The notes: generated by a model from the letters alone, not told the origin. 64,000 bases of DNA from Gammaproteobacteria bacterium (GCA_022826245.1 JAJDVG010000032.1:4228-68227), one strand, 5' to 3'; positions 1 to 9,785 are shown, counted from the stretch's first letter. Translations and numbers: made by a program.

Positions 1-13
1 GAGCCGCACGTTC

Positions 14-1768
14 ATGGGGGCGAACCGGATGAGTACCTTGCGCCTGATTCTGCCGCTGCCGGCATTGCTTCTGAGCACGTCGATCCTCGGTCAGGAGCCC
101 ATCGATACGCTGGTAGCGCGCGGGGAAGCGCTCTTCAACGACGATGTCGGCTGCTGGGTCTGTCACCGCGAGACAGGCGAGGGGCTCGTCGGTCCGAGTC
201 TGCTGTTCGGTCCGACGCCGATGGACATCTTCGATCAGCTCGAGAGCAATCCCGTCATGGCGGTCATCGTCGCGGAACTCGACCCGAGCGACGAAGATCT
301 CGTGGCGATTTCGATGCACATCCGCACGCTGGCGAATCTGCCCGTGAGCGCCGAGCTCGCCGAGCAATACCGTACGGAGTTCGCCGCCTACAAAGCGTCG
401 CGTCCCGCCGACATCGAGTTCGTCAGGACCGAACGCGATCTCGCGGTCGAGGCCATCGAATCCTTCGGCTCCGTGATCACGGGCTGGGAGCGCAGGGCGA
501 AGGAAGGCAGCGTGCTCAGCCACTACGACACGCAGCTCATCGCGGAGTTCGATCCGGGCGAGCCGAAGTTCACGCCCGAGCCCGGCAAGACCTACTTCTA
601 CGAAAACACGGGCACGAACAGCGTCCCGGCGGTCCTGTTCGACGGGTTCGAACTGCCGACGCGCAACCAGGTCGTCGTCGGCGACGCCGAGACGAAGGAA
701 GTGATCGCGAGCTATGCGATTCCGGAGTCGCTGCGCGCGACCGTGCACACCTCGGCCATGTCGCCGGACGGCCGGTACGCTTACATCATCGGTGCGCGGC
801 CGGGCGGCGACGCCGACATGTTCGAGACGGTCGGCGGTTCGGCCACGCTGCTCAAGGTCGATGCGCTGACCCTGCAGCCGATCAAGCAGATCGCGATCGG
901 CGGCCGTCTGCATCACGCACAGGTGTTCCGCAACTACCTGCTGCTCGACATGTTCGCGCGCGACGCCGACGGTCTTGCGCTCATGCTCTACGACACCGAG
1001 ACCGACGAGATCGTCGCGGGCGTGCGCGACGTCGACATGGGCGGGATGGTCTACACAGTCTGGTCGGACAAGGACTACGAGTACATCTACGCGCTCATGG
1101 AGCCCGGCGGCTACGCTCCGGGCCGCGCGACCGGCATGCTCGGCATGATCAATGTCTACCAGGGCAAGCTCGTCGCGATGCGGCCCTTCTGGATCGCCAA
1201 GATCGATCCCGATACCTGGGAAGTCGTGCGCGAGTATCCCATCCCGGGCTACCGGCCGAACTGGGCCGTCATCGATTCGGCCAAGGAAAACATCTACGTG
1301 ATCGCAAGCTCCTCCGTCGCATCGAAAATCAACCTCGAGACGGGTGCGGTCGAGTGGACCAATGGCACCGGCATCGGGCCCTACGGGGCGAGCCTCACGG
1401 CCGACGAGACCGAACTCTGGGTGGCCGACAAGGGCGAAGCCGCGCACCATCTCGGACGCACTATAACGATCATGGACACCGAGGCCGGGCACGCGGTCGA
1501 GACGCTCTACGGCGCCTACAAGGTCGACCACGTGCTGCTGTCGCCGAACGGCAGGGAGATGTGGGCGACGAGCAACGGGGAGGGGCGCATCTACGTCTAC
1601 GACGTCGAGACGCGTGAGCTCACCCACCGGATCGACATGCCCATGAACGGCGACGCGCACGGCCTGATCTGGGTCCATTACGACGAGAACGGCGTTCCCG
1701 CGGTCGTCCGCGACCAGGGCGGGTTCCACAACGGGATCAATCCGGCGCTGGGAATCACGCTGGACTAG
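14..1768 (+). CDS. secreted haem-c (CxxCH) domain fused to beta-propeller repeat protein
   Basis: 584-aa ORF. Signal-like N-terminus MSTLRLILPLPALLLSTSILGQ (alternative ATG at 29). One CxxCH motif (GCWVCH). The rest has propeller-blade-like repeats (SPDGRYAYIIG, SPNGREMWATSNGEGRIYVYD). Confidence 0.75.
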   Translation: MGANRMSTLRLILPLPALLLSTSILGQEPIDTLVARGEALFNDDVGCWVCHRETGEGLVGPSLLFGPTPMDIFDQLESNPVMAVIVAELDPSDEDLVAISMHIRTLANLPVSAELAEQYRTEFAAYKASRPADIEFVRTERDLAVEAIESFGSVITGWERRAKEGSVLSHYDTQLIAEFDPGEPKFTPEPGKTYFYENTGTNSVPAVLFDGFELPTRNQVVVGDAETKEVIASYAIPESLRATVHTSAMSPDGRYAYIIGARPGGDADMFETVGGSATLLKVDALTLQPIKQIAIGGRLHHAQVFRNYLLLDMFARDADGLALMLYDTETDEIVAGVRDVDMGGMVYTVWSDKDYEYIYALMEPGGYAPGRATGMLGMINVYQGKLVAMRPFWIAKIDPDTWEVVREYPIPGYRPNWAVIDSAKENIYVIASSSVASKINLETGAVEWTNGTGIGPYGASLTADETELWVADKGEAAHHLGRTITIMDTEAGHAVETLYGAYKVDHVLLSPNGREMWATSNGEGRIYVYDVETRELTHRIDMPMNGDAHGLIWVHYDENGVPAVVRDQGGFHNGINPALGITLD

Positions 1769-1962
1769 TAACGGCGGGAGGATGCGGCCCCTCGGACACG
1801 CATGAGGTTTGCCGATGGGTCCGCCTCTGCGCGTTCGGCGGCATCCCGGTTCGGAGAGTCGTTGCCGTCGGCGCAGGTGCAGGTGGTTCGCCGTACGGGG
1901 CCGCCGCTGCACGTTCGGTTCGGGAACGAGAACCGCCGTGCTGGTAAGCTACACGCCGCGCC

Positions 1963-2039
1963 GCCCCGGTAGCTCAGCCGGATAGAGCACTCGCCTCCTA
2001 AGCGAGGGGTCGCAGGTTCGAGTCCTGCCCGGGGCGCCA
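1963..2039 (+). tRNA. tRNA-Arg (anticodon CCT)
   Basis: 77-nt cloverleaf read by eye. Acceptor GCCCCGG/CCGGGGC. Anticodon stem CTCGC/GCGAG with loop CTCCTAA. T-arm GCAGG-TTCGAGT-CCTGC. Discriminator G plus encoded CCA. Confidence 0.9.
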
Positions 2040-2102
2040 TGCCATCGAGGGCCCATTCCGGACAACCACTCAGGCGAACCGTACAACAAGAATCACTGTG
2101 AA

Positions 2103-2384
2103 TTGCACAGAAATGGCATGTTGTCTGTCCTGCCTCGCGGATGTACGCTCTGCGGCATGAGTGACCGATGGACAATGATCGGTGGTTTCGTTGCTCTGGC
2201 AGGGCTGATTCTCTTCCAGGCAAACGCGACTCGCGCAGACTTGCGGGACATTCGGGCCGAATTACGAGACATTCGCACCGAACTTGTCGACTTGAACGAG
2301 CGCGTCACCCGGATTGAAACCCGTCTGGACTACGAGATCCCACGCCAGCCCGAACCGTCTCCGGACACTTCTCAAGAGGGTTGA
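2103..2384 (+). CDS. hypothetical small membrane-anchored coiled-coil protein
   Basis: 93-aa ORF; likelier start is ATG 2157 (MSDRWTMIGGFVALAGLILF = one TM helix), followed by a heptad-like stretch ADLRDIRAELRDIRTELVDLNERVTRIE. No recognisable family. Confidence 0.4.
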   Translation: MHRNGMLSVLPRGCTLCGMSDRWTMIGGFVALAGLILFQANATRADLRDIRAELRDIRTELVDLNERVTRIETRLDYEIPRQPEPSPDTSQEG

Positions 2385-2453
2385 GGGCGTTCAACGCATC
2401 CAGACCGCAGTCCGGGTAACGCTAAACAGCCTGTTGCCGGTCATTGGGGTGGA

Positions 2454-3554
2454 TCACCTCATCCCGCTGACACGGTCGTTGCGAACAGGAACACGCCCAT
2501 CCGTTTCAAACGCGAACGGGACGGATCGATTGTCCGGGTGCCACATGTCGACGTGTGTCTGAACCTGCAGATGAAGGTGCGGCAGTGTCGTGTTGCCCGA
2601 GTTTCCAACCTGGGCCAAAAAGTCGCCTGTCCGCACAAGATCTCCGGTGTCTACTTGCAATGATTCATGCCGCAGGTGCGCCAGCACGACGTATAGGCCG
2701 CTTTCGAGTTCGATCACAACCACGTTTCCTGCAGCGTCGGTCGCCTTGGTAACCGTTCCGACTCCCTCGGCATCCTCCACATCGTCTCGCGCGACAACAA
2801 CGCGGCCGTTCACCGGGGATCGTAGTGGCTGTTCCCATCCGTATACGGCCGCGTTTCCCTCGGTTTCGCCGGAGCCGTCGTAAATGTAGCCGTTATCGAG
2901 CCGTACGAGATCAACGGCGAAGTGCTGATTGAATGCGGCGAGATGGTGATTCTGCAGCGGACTCGAACCACCCTGGGCCACCAACCATTCGCCCTGAAAC
3001 GGTACCGCGATTTCCACGACCGCAGGCACGCGAAATACGGTGCGACCGAGATCAACCAGCATGACCGCACCGGCAAGGACCATGACAACCGTGACAGGCG
3101 TGTAAGACTGCAGAGGCGTAATGAAACTGATGGCGATGCGGAATACGCCGAGTGCTCCAAGCACCGCGATGATGGTCAGCAACTCAGCCGAGCGCGGGAA
3201 CACCCACAGGCATGTGGCAGTGGTGATTCCCCAGAAGCTCGCTCGCCCGATCGCGTTTCGGAACTCCTGACGGTCCCACTTCACGTGAATCGCACGATGC
3301 AGCTCGGCACGCAATCGACCTTTCCAGACGATCCCTCCGCGACCCAGGATGGCCCATACCACGCCCACCATAAGGGCTACCGCCAATGCCTGGTGGCTAT
3401 AGAGCCCGACGAATCGCAGCGCAAGCAGGAACGCAAGCGCAACGATAGTCAGCGCTGCAATGGTCGTCTTCCAGGCGCGTTCATGCACAGGTTCATTACC
3501 GATCGACATGAGATGGCTCAGTCGGCGCGACGTTGGAGTTCGATACGCGGTCAC
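2454..3554 (-). CDS. membrane-anchored M23 family metallopeptidase
   Basis: 366-aa ORF. Several N-terminal hydrophobic helices. C-terminal LytM/M23 signature (GNSGNTTLPHLHLQV, earlier HLRH). Confidence 0.8.
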   Translation of the reverse strand: MTAYRTPTSRRLSHLMSIGNEPVHERAWKTTIAALTIVALAFLLALRFVGLYSHQALAVALMVGVVWAILGRGGIVWKGRLRAELHRAIHVKWDRQEFRNAIGRASFWGITTATCLWVFPRSAELLTIIAVLGALGVFRIAISFITPLQSYTPVTVVMVLAGAVMLVDLGRTVFRVPAVVEIAVPFQGEWLVAQGGSSPLQNHHLAAFNQHFAVDLVRLDNGYIYDGSGETEGNAAVYGWEQPLRSPVNGRVVVARDDVEDAEGVGTVTKATDAAGNVVVIELESGLYVVLAHLRHESLQVDTGDLVRTGDFLAQVGNSGNTTLPHLHLQVQTHVDMWHPDNRSVPFAFETDGRVPVRNDRVSGMR

Positions 3555-3683
3555 GCGAAACGCGCAGAATTCTATCCCAGGTCAGATAGGGGCAGTGCTC
3601 AGACGACTGCGCCCGATCAGAAATGATCGTATGCTCGTCTTTCTGTATTCCAAACGGTAGAAACGTCCAGAGGTGAGAATCCC

Positions 3684-4901
3684 ATGCTGAAACCGAAGGC
3701 TCGAAACACACCCCGCTTTTTCGGCGGCTGCGCAGCGGCGTTCGCATGCGTGGGCGTTACATTCTGCGCTCAAGTGCAATTGCCGATACCGGCGAGTCAT
3801 GAGTTCGAGGTCGTCACCGTCGCCGAAGGGCTCATCAATCCATGGAGCATGGCGTTCCTGCCGAACGGCGACCTGCTCGTGACCGAACGCGGCGGCACGC
3901 TCAGAATCGTACGCGACGGCATGCTGCTGCCGGACCCCGTGGAAGGTGTTCCGGCCGTTCAGGCCGTAGGGCAGGGCGGGATGCAGGAAATCGCGGTACA
4001 TCCCGAGTTCGAGGCCAACCGGTTCGTCTACCTGAGCTATTCGAAGCCCAATGCCGACAACACCATGGCAACAACCGGATTGACGCGTGCGCGACTCGAG
4101 GGTGATCGACTCGTCGATGCCGTTGAGATATACGAGGCAAGCGCCTGGTCTGACATGCCCGGCCATTACGGCGCGCGAATCGCTTTCGATGACGAAGGCT
4201 ACCTGTATATGTCGGTTGGCGACCGCATGGCCGGATTGTCGCTGACATCCATCGATCAAGGCTTCGATCCGGACCTGGAGGGTCATCCGGCGCAGAATCC
4301 ATCGACGGCGCAGGGCTCGATCGTTCGGCTCAATGACGATGGCAGCGTTCCCGAGGACAACCCGTTCGTCGGTCGCGCAGGTTTCGCGCCGGAGGTTTTC
4401 AGCTACGGGCATCGCAATCCGCAAGGGCTCGCGTTCCAACCCGGGACGGGCGCCCTGTTTTCGACAGAGCACGGACCTCAGGGCGGCGATGAACTCAACT
4501 GGATCCGGCCGGGCGCCAATTATGGCTGGCCAGTCATCGGTTACGGCGCCAACTACGTGATCGGCACCGAGATTCATGCATCACGGTTCCGCAGCGATAT
4601 GGAACAGCCCGCGGCGTACTGGACCCCGTCGATCGGCATCTCCGGCTTGATCTTCTACCAGGGTGACCAGTTTCCGAACTGGCAGGGCAATGCTTTCGTC
4701 GCGGGCATGGCGGGCGATTACCAGCGCCTCGTGAGGATCGTCCTCGATGGTCAGACCGTGACCTACCGCCAGCCCTTGCTCGCAGGCGAATTTCGCATTC
4801 GCGATGTGCGCGAAGGGCCGGACGGGTTCGTCTATCTCGCGCTCGACAACATCTACAGTCAGCCCAGCAGCATCGTGCGACTCGAGCCGGCAGACGAATA
4901 G
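3684..4901 (+). CDS. PQQ-dependent sugar (aldose/sorbosone) dehydrogenase, YliI-like
   Basis: 405-aa ORF with signal peptide. Motifs NPWSMAFLPNGDLLVTERGGTLRIV, SYGHRNPQGLAF and EHGPQGGDELNWIRPGANYGWP are typical of soluble GDH-B family propellers. Confidence 0.85.
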   Translation: MLKPKARNTPRFFGGCAAAFACVGVTFCAQVQLPIPASHEFEVVTVAEGLINPWSMAFLPNGDLLVTERGGTLRIVRDGMLLPDPVEGVPAVQAVGQGGMQEIAVHPEFEANRFVYLSYSKPNADNTMATTGLTRARLEGDRLVDAVEIYEASAWSDMPGHYGARIAFDDEGYLYMSVGDRMAGLSLTSIDQGFDPDLEGHPAQNPSTAQGSIVRLNDDGSVPEDNPFVGRAGFAPEVFSYGHRNPQGLAFQPGTGALFSTEHGPQGGDELNWIRPGANYGWPVIGYGANYVIGTEIHASRFRSDMEQPAAYWTPSIGISGLIFYQGDQFPNWQGNAFVAGMAGDYQRLVRIVLDGQTVTYRQPLLAGEFRIRDVREGPDGFVYLALDNIYSQPSSIVRLEPADE

Positions 4902-5066
4902 CGGGCTGTTTTCGATCGGGCCGGCGGCTCTGTCGCGTTGCGGCCGCCGGCGTGGCGGCGGCGCTTGGGGGCGCTGTTGCCGTCGATCGATATCGACAAG
5001 AATCGACGGATCACGAGCGCCGGCGGTCGCTTACAATCTCGCGTGAGCGCGACGACAGGGACGACG

Positions 5067-6050
5067 ATGCCAGGATTCCGGTTGGCAAGTCTGATGACGG
5101 CCGCGGCCGTCGCGGCCAGTCTGCCCCTGTGCGCTGCAACCGCACAGGAATCCGTGCCGTTTCGCACGCGCAATCTGAATCCGCTTGTTTCCATCCACGG
5201 GATGCCCACCTGGGAGATTCCGGGCGCTTCGCGCGAGTTCGGGCTGACTTCGGAGCTTGCCAATCATTACCGTCTGTCACGCCGCGGCGAGCAGACGCTA
5301 TTGCTCGACGGCGAGACCTGGCGGACGAGCTTTCACTACTCGATGCCGGTGGGCGACCGCTGGACGGTCGGATTCGAGCTGCCGGTCTATCATCAATCCG
5401 GTGGGATTCTCGACGACCTCATCGACGGCTGGCACACGACCTTCGACCTCCCGGACGGCGGCCGCAACAACCGCGAGGACCAGGAACTGCTGTTCCAGAT
5501 GGGCGACGGGGACGGTGTTTTCTACCACCTCGATGAACGCGACCATGGTCTCGGTGGAGTTCGGCTTCGCGTCGGCCGCAGCTTCGGCGCCGACAACGGA
5601 TTTCACGCCAACCTTTCGGTCAAGCTGCCGACCGGCAAGGAAAGCGTGCTTGCCGGCAGCGGTTCGGCCGACTGGGCGACGACGCTGCTGCGCACGCGGC
5701 AAGCGTCGTTTCGCAGCCGCGCTGCCGGGTACTTCTGGGGTTTCGGAGCAATTCGGCCCGGCGCGGCGAAACAGATCGCCTTCGATGCCGAACGCCAGGT
5801 TTTCTTCGGCACGTTGGGAGGCGGACTCGCATTGACCCCGCGTCTGGGTGTCAGGGTGCAGCTCGATGCCCATACGCCTTTCTACGACACGCCGCTCGAG
5901 GAGATCGGCCAGACGTCCGTGCAGTTGGCGCTCGGCGGCTGGTGGCGAACCGGGGAGCGCAGCGTCATCGAGTTCGCCGTAAACGAGGACCTGCATGCGA
6001 GCACGGCCCCGGACGTCGTCATGCACGTCGGGCTTCGCTGGTCACTGTGA
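5067..6050 (+). CDS. hypothetical secreted / outer-membrane protein (possibly DUF3187-like)
   Basis: ORF 4938..6050 trimmed to ATG 5067, which gives a signal peptide (MPGFRLASLMTAAAVAASLPLCAATAQE). The C-terminus ends in an aromatic-rich beta-strand pattern (VMHVGLRWSL). Family name is tentative. Confidence 0.6.
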   Translation: MPGFRLASLMTAAAVAASLPLCAATAQESVPFRTRNLNPLVSIHGMPTWEIPGASREFGLTSELANHYRLSRRGEQTLLLDGETWRTSFHYSMPVGDRWTVGFELPVYHQSGGILDDLIDGWHTTFDLPDGGRNNREDQELLFQMGDGDGVFYHLDERDHGLGGVRLRVGRSFGADNGFHANLSVKLPTGKESVLAGSGSADWATTLLRTRQASFRSRAAGYFWGFGAIRPGAAKQIAFDAERQVFFGTLGGGLALTPRLGVRVQLDAHTPFYDTPLEEIGQTSVQLALGGWWRTGERSVIEFAVNEDLHASTAPDVVMHVGLRWSL

Positions 6051-6072
6051 AGGGCGGGCAGGCCACTTCCCG

Positions 6073-6570
6073 GTGAACGTTTGCCGCTTGCTCGCGCTCC
6101 TTGCGGCGCTGACTGCCGTGGCCTGTGAGCCGACCGCTTCCACGTCCGGATCGGTGCCCGAGCCAGCGGCGCAAGCTGTCCGGCAGGAACTCGACAGCGA
6201 CGCACTCAGATCGGTGGAAGCGTATCTGAGCGAACCCCGATTCGCGGCGGCCGACCTCGAGCACGGCCGGATACTGAGCCTTGCCTGCCAGGCCTGCCAC
6301 ACCTTCGGCGCCGGCGAGGACCACAATCTCGGCCCGAATCTCCACGGCATGTTCGGCCGCCCGGCGGCGCAACTGGACGGGTTCGCGTATTCCGACGCGC
6401 TCAGGGCGGCAGACCTCGTCTGGACGCCGCAGGCCCTCGAAGCGTGGCTCGCCGAACCCAACGACTTCGTGCCCGGCAACAACATGGTGTTCGCGGGTTA
6501 CGGCTCCGAGACGGACCGCCGCGACCTGCTCGCCTGGTTGCTCAGGTCGACGAGCGGCCTCGATCGCTAA
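6073..6570 (+). CDS. class I c-type cytochrome, probable lipoprotein
   Basis: ORF 5995..6570 trimmed to in-frame GTG 6073, which avoids overlap with the upstream gene. Lipobox-like LLAALTAVAC. Haem motif CQACH. Distal Met region NNMVFAG. Confidence 0.75.
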   Translation: MNVCRLLALLAALTAVACEPTASTSGSVPEPAAQAVRQELDSDALRSVEAYLSEPRFAAADLEHGRILSLACQACHTFGAGEDHNLGPNLHGMFGRPAAQLDGFAYSDALRAADLVWTPQALEAWLAEPNDFVPGNNMVFAGYGSETDRRDLLAWLLRSTSGLDR

Positions 6571-6629
6571 TCTGCCTCAAGGATGCTGTTTCGGAGGAAA
6601 GTTACACGGGTGGTTTGACGATGAACTGA

Positions 6630-6739
6630 GGGGAGGCGCATCGCCGGTCGCTTGAGACCCTCGCGCGCAGGGATGCGCGCGCGGAGCGTACAGGGATGTA
6701 TTCACCGCGTGTCTCAAGCGACCGGCGATGTGACTCCCC
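6630..6739. repeat. structured palindromic intergenic repeat, copy 1 of 3
   Basis: 29-nt arms GGGGAGGCGCATCGCCGGTCGCTTGAGAC (6630-6658) and its near-complement (6711-6739, 26/29 paired) flank a 52-nt core, CCTCGCGCGCAGGGATGCGCGCGCGGAGCGTACAGGGATGTATTCACCGCGT. Lies 60 nt after the cytochrome c stop. Confidence 0.85.
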
Positions 6740-6887
6740 GCATCACTGCGCAGACGCGCGTGAAGCGTTACCGGGCTTGATCCGCGTTTCAACTTGATCG
6801 GCGTTTGGATACACTAGCGCGGCCTTTTTCGGGCCCGGGCAGCAGCCGTTCCATGCGCGCATGCCGGCCCGTGCCAGTGCGGGCCGC

Positions 6888-9761
6888 ATGACCACTCAAT
6901 TCGAACAGCAGTACGAATCGACACCGCTGCAAGGCGCGAACGCGGCCTGGGTGGAAGCGCTCTACGAGGCGTATCTGAGCGAGCCCGGCAGCGTGCCACC
7001 CGTATGGCGCCGCTATTTCAGCTCGCTCGGCTCGGAGCTTGGCGACATCGCCCATGGGCCGATCGTCAAGGCGATCGGCGAACGTGCCCGCCGCGACGGA
7101 TCGCCGGCGGCAGGCAAGGCCCGCGCCGCGGCGCAGGCGGGCGGAAAAACGGGCGCCAGGCAGGCAGCCGTCTCGCGGCTCATTCAGGTCTACAGCCTGC
7201 GCGGACATCTGATCGCGGATCTCGATCCCCTCGGGCTCTGGGAGCGGCCGATGCCCGCCGTTCTGAAGCTCGACTACCTCGGCCTCGACGAGTCCGACTT
7301 CGACAGCGAATTCCACACCGGCGGTCTGGCGGGCGCCGATCGGAGCCGCATGAAGCTGCGCGATATTCTCGCTTTGCTCAAGCGCATCTACTGCGGCAAG
7401 CTCGCGGTCGAGTTCGCGCACATCTCTCGCGCCCGCGAGCGGCTCTGGCTCCGGGAACGGTTCGAGACCCGCATGGCCCACTGGCAGATCGGCGCGGACG
7501 AGCAGCGCGCGATCCTCAAGAGCCTCACCCGAGCCGAAGGCATCGAGCGCTATCTGCACACGAAGTACGTCGGTCAGAAGCGGTTCTCGCTCGAAGGCGG
7601 CGAAACGTTGATTCCAATGCTCGACGATGCGATCCAGCAGGCGGGCACGCTCGGCGTTCAGGAGATCGTCATCGGCATGGCGCACCGCGGCCGGCTCAAC
7701 GTGCTCGTCAACGTGCTCGGCCGCTCACCGCGTGAACTGCTCACCGAGTTCGAGGAAACCTACGATCTCGATACGCTCACGGGCTCGGGCGACGTCAAGT
7801 ACCACATGGGCTTTTCGGCGGACATTCGCACGCCCGGAGGTCCCGTGCACGTGGCGCTTGCGTTCAATCCCTCGCATCTTGAAATCGTCAACCCCGTCGT
7901 CCAGGGCTCCGTGAAGGCCCGCCAGGAGAGGCGCGGCGACTTCGACGGCGACAAGGTGTTGCCGATCCTCGTACACGGCGATGCGGCGCTCGCGGGTCAG
8001 GGCGTCGTCACCGAAACGTTCCAGCTTTCCCAGACGCGCGCCTTCTACACGGGCGGCACGATTCACGTCGTCATCAACAATCAGATCGGATTCACGACGA
8101 GCGAACCGAGCGACATGCGTTCAACCGTGTACTGCTCGGATGTGGCGAAGATGGTCGAAGCGCCGATATTTCACGTCAATGTCGACGATCCGGAAGCCGC
8201 CGTCGCCGCCGTTCAGCTCGCGCTGCAGTATCGGCAGGCGTTTCACAAGGATGTCGTCATCGATCTCGTGTGCTACCGCCGGCATGGCCACAACGAGGCT
8301 GACGAACCCGCCGCGACGCAGCCGCGGATGTACGCCGCAATCCGCAATCGCGAGAGCGTGCGCGAGCGCTATGGCCGCAAGCTCCTCGAGAGCAGTGTCA
8401 TGAGCGATTTCGCGCAGCGTGAACTCGCGGACGTCTATCGCCGCTGCCTCGACGAGGGGCGCAATACCAACGAAGCGGCGCTCGGCATGATCGGCAACCA
8501 GCACACCGTCGACTGGAGTCAGTACAAGGAAGCCTCGCTCGGCGCCCGAGCGAACACCACAGTGCCCAGGGCGGAACTCGAGCGTCTGGCGGAGATCGTC
8601 AACGCCGTGCCCAAATCCTTCAGGCTGCATCCGCGCGTTGCGCGAATCGTCGCGGATCGCCGCCAGATGGCAGCCGGCGAGCTGCCGCTCGACTGGGGAT
8701 TTGCCGAGTCGCTGGCCTACGCCTCGCTGCTGGCCGAGAACTACCACGTCCGCCTGGTCGGCCAGGACAGCCGGCGCGGCACGTTCTTCCATCGCCATGC
8801 CGCATTCCACGACACGGACAGCGGCGAGGTGCTGACGCCGTTGAGCCATGTCGTCGCCAACCCCGGGGCGTTCACGATCGCCGACTCGCTGCTGTCGGAA
8901 GAGGCGGTGCTCGGTTTCGAATACGGCTACAGCACGACCGCTCCGGACTGTCTCGTGATCTGGGAAGCGCAGTTCGGCGACTTCGCCAACGGCGCGCAGG
9001 TCGTGATCGACCAGTTCATCAGTTCCGGCGAAGCGAAGTGGAGCCGGCTCACAGGGCTCACGCTGTTCCTGCCGCACGGCTACGAAGGGCAGGGGCCGGA
9101 GCATTCCTCGGCGCGGCTCGAGCGTTTCCTGCAGCTCTGCGCGGAGCACAACATGCAGGTCTGCGTGCCGTCGACGCCCGCGCAGATGTTTCACCTGCTG
9201 CGCAGACAGATGATCCGGTCCTTGCGCAAGCCGCTGATCGTGATGACTCCGAAGAGCCTGCTGCGGCATCGCCAGTCGGTCTCGTCGCTCGGTGAATTTT
9301 CAAGCGGCCGGTTCAGGCGCCTCATCGGCGAGACCGAGCGTCTCGATGTCGAGCGCGTCAAGCGGATCGTGTTCTGCTGTGGCAAGGTCTACTACGATCT
9401 GTTGGAAGCGCGTCGGCGGGAGAAACTGGACAGTGTCGCGATCGTCCGCATCGAGGAGCTCTATCCGTTCCCGCGCAGCCAGTACGCGCGCACGATCGCC
9501 AAGTGGCGCAATGCGACGGAGATCGTCTGGTGTCAGGAAGAACCGCAGAACCAGGGCGCCTGGTACCAGATCCGCCACCGGTTGCAGGAAGCGCTCGACG
9601 ACCGGCACGAACTCTTCTACGCGGGACGGCCAGGGGCCGCGGCGCCGGCTTCGGGCATCTACGCCTTGCACGTTCGCGAGCAGAACGACGTCGTGGCCAC
9701 CGCGCTTGCCGCATCGAGTGCGGAGCGGCGCGGCAACGGCGCGCAACGGCCTTCAACGTAA
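6888..9761 (+). CDS. sucA: 2-oxoglutarate dehydrogenase E1 component
   Basis: ORF 6861..9761 with likely start ATG 6888 (MTTQFEQQYESTPLQGANAAWVEALYEAYL). Full-length E1o-like sequence (HRGRLNVL, GDAALAGQGVV, transketolase-like C-terminus). Followed by sucB and lpdA. Confidence 0.95.
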   Translation: MTTQFEQQYESTPLQGANAAWVEALYEAYLSEPGSVPPVWRRYFSSLGSELGDIAHGPIVKAIGERARRDGSPAAGKARAAAQAGGKTGARQAAVSRLIQVYSLRGHLIADLDPLGLWERPMPAVLKLDYLGLDESDFDSEFHTGGLAGADRSRMKLRDILALLKRIYCGKLAVEFAHISRARERLWLRERFETRMAHWQIGADEQRAILKSLTRAEGIERYLHTKYVGQKRFSLEGGETLIPMLDDAIQQAGTLGVQEIVIGMAHRGRLNVLVNVLGRSPRELLTEFEETYDLDTLTGSGDVKYHMGFSADIRTPGGPVHVALAFNPSHLEIVNPVVQGSVKARQERRGDFDGDKVLPILVHGDAALAGQGVVTETFQLSQTRAFYTGGTIHVVINNQIGFTTSEPSDMRSTVYCSDVAKMVEAPIFHVNVDDPEAAVAAVQLALQYRQAFHKDVVIDLVCYRRHGHNEADEPAATQPRMYAAIRNRESVRERYGRKLLESSVMSDFAQRELADVYRRCLDEGRNTNEAALGMIGNQHTVDWSQYKEASLGARANTTVPRAELERLAEIVNAVPKSFRLHPRVARIVADRRQMAAGELPLDWGFAESLAYASLLAENYHVRLVGQDSRRGTFFHRHAAFHDTDSGEVLTPLSHVVANPGAFTIADSLLSEEAVLGFEYGYSTTAPDCLVIWEAQFGDFANGAQVVIDQFISSGEAKWSRLTGLTLFLPHGYEGQGPEHSSARLERFLQLCAEHNMQVCVPSTPAQMFHLLRRQMIRSLRKPLIVMTPKSLLRHRQSVSSLGEFSSGRFRRLIGETERLDVERVKRIVFCCGKVYYDLLEARRREKLDSVAIVRIEELYPFPRSQYARTIAKWRNATEIVWCQEEPQNQGAWYQIRHRLQEALDDRHELFYAGRPGAAAPASGIYALHVREQNDVVATALAASSAERRGNGAQRPST

Positions 9762-9785
9762 CGGGAAACCGACGGTGAACCGGCG

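Noticed and set aside
8121-9269. Long antisense ORFs overlapping well-supported genes. Examples: 3582..4577, 6789..7685, 8121..9269, 9951..11051, 16915..18105, 18421..19827, 46596..48758, 46909..48582, 59388..60683, 59989..61527.
   Set aside because: Their products are Arg/Ala/Gly/Pro-rich low-complexity strings with no motifs. Each lies opposite or out of frame to an ORF with clear family signatures. Stop-codon scarcity in high-GC DNA explains them.
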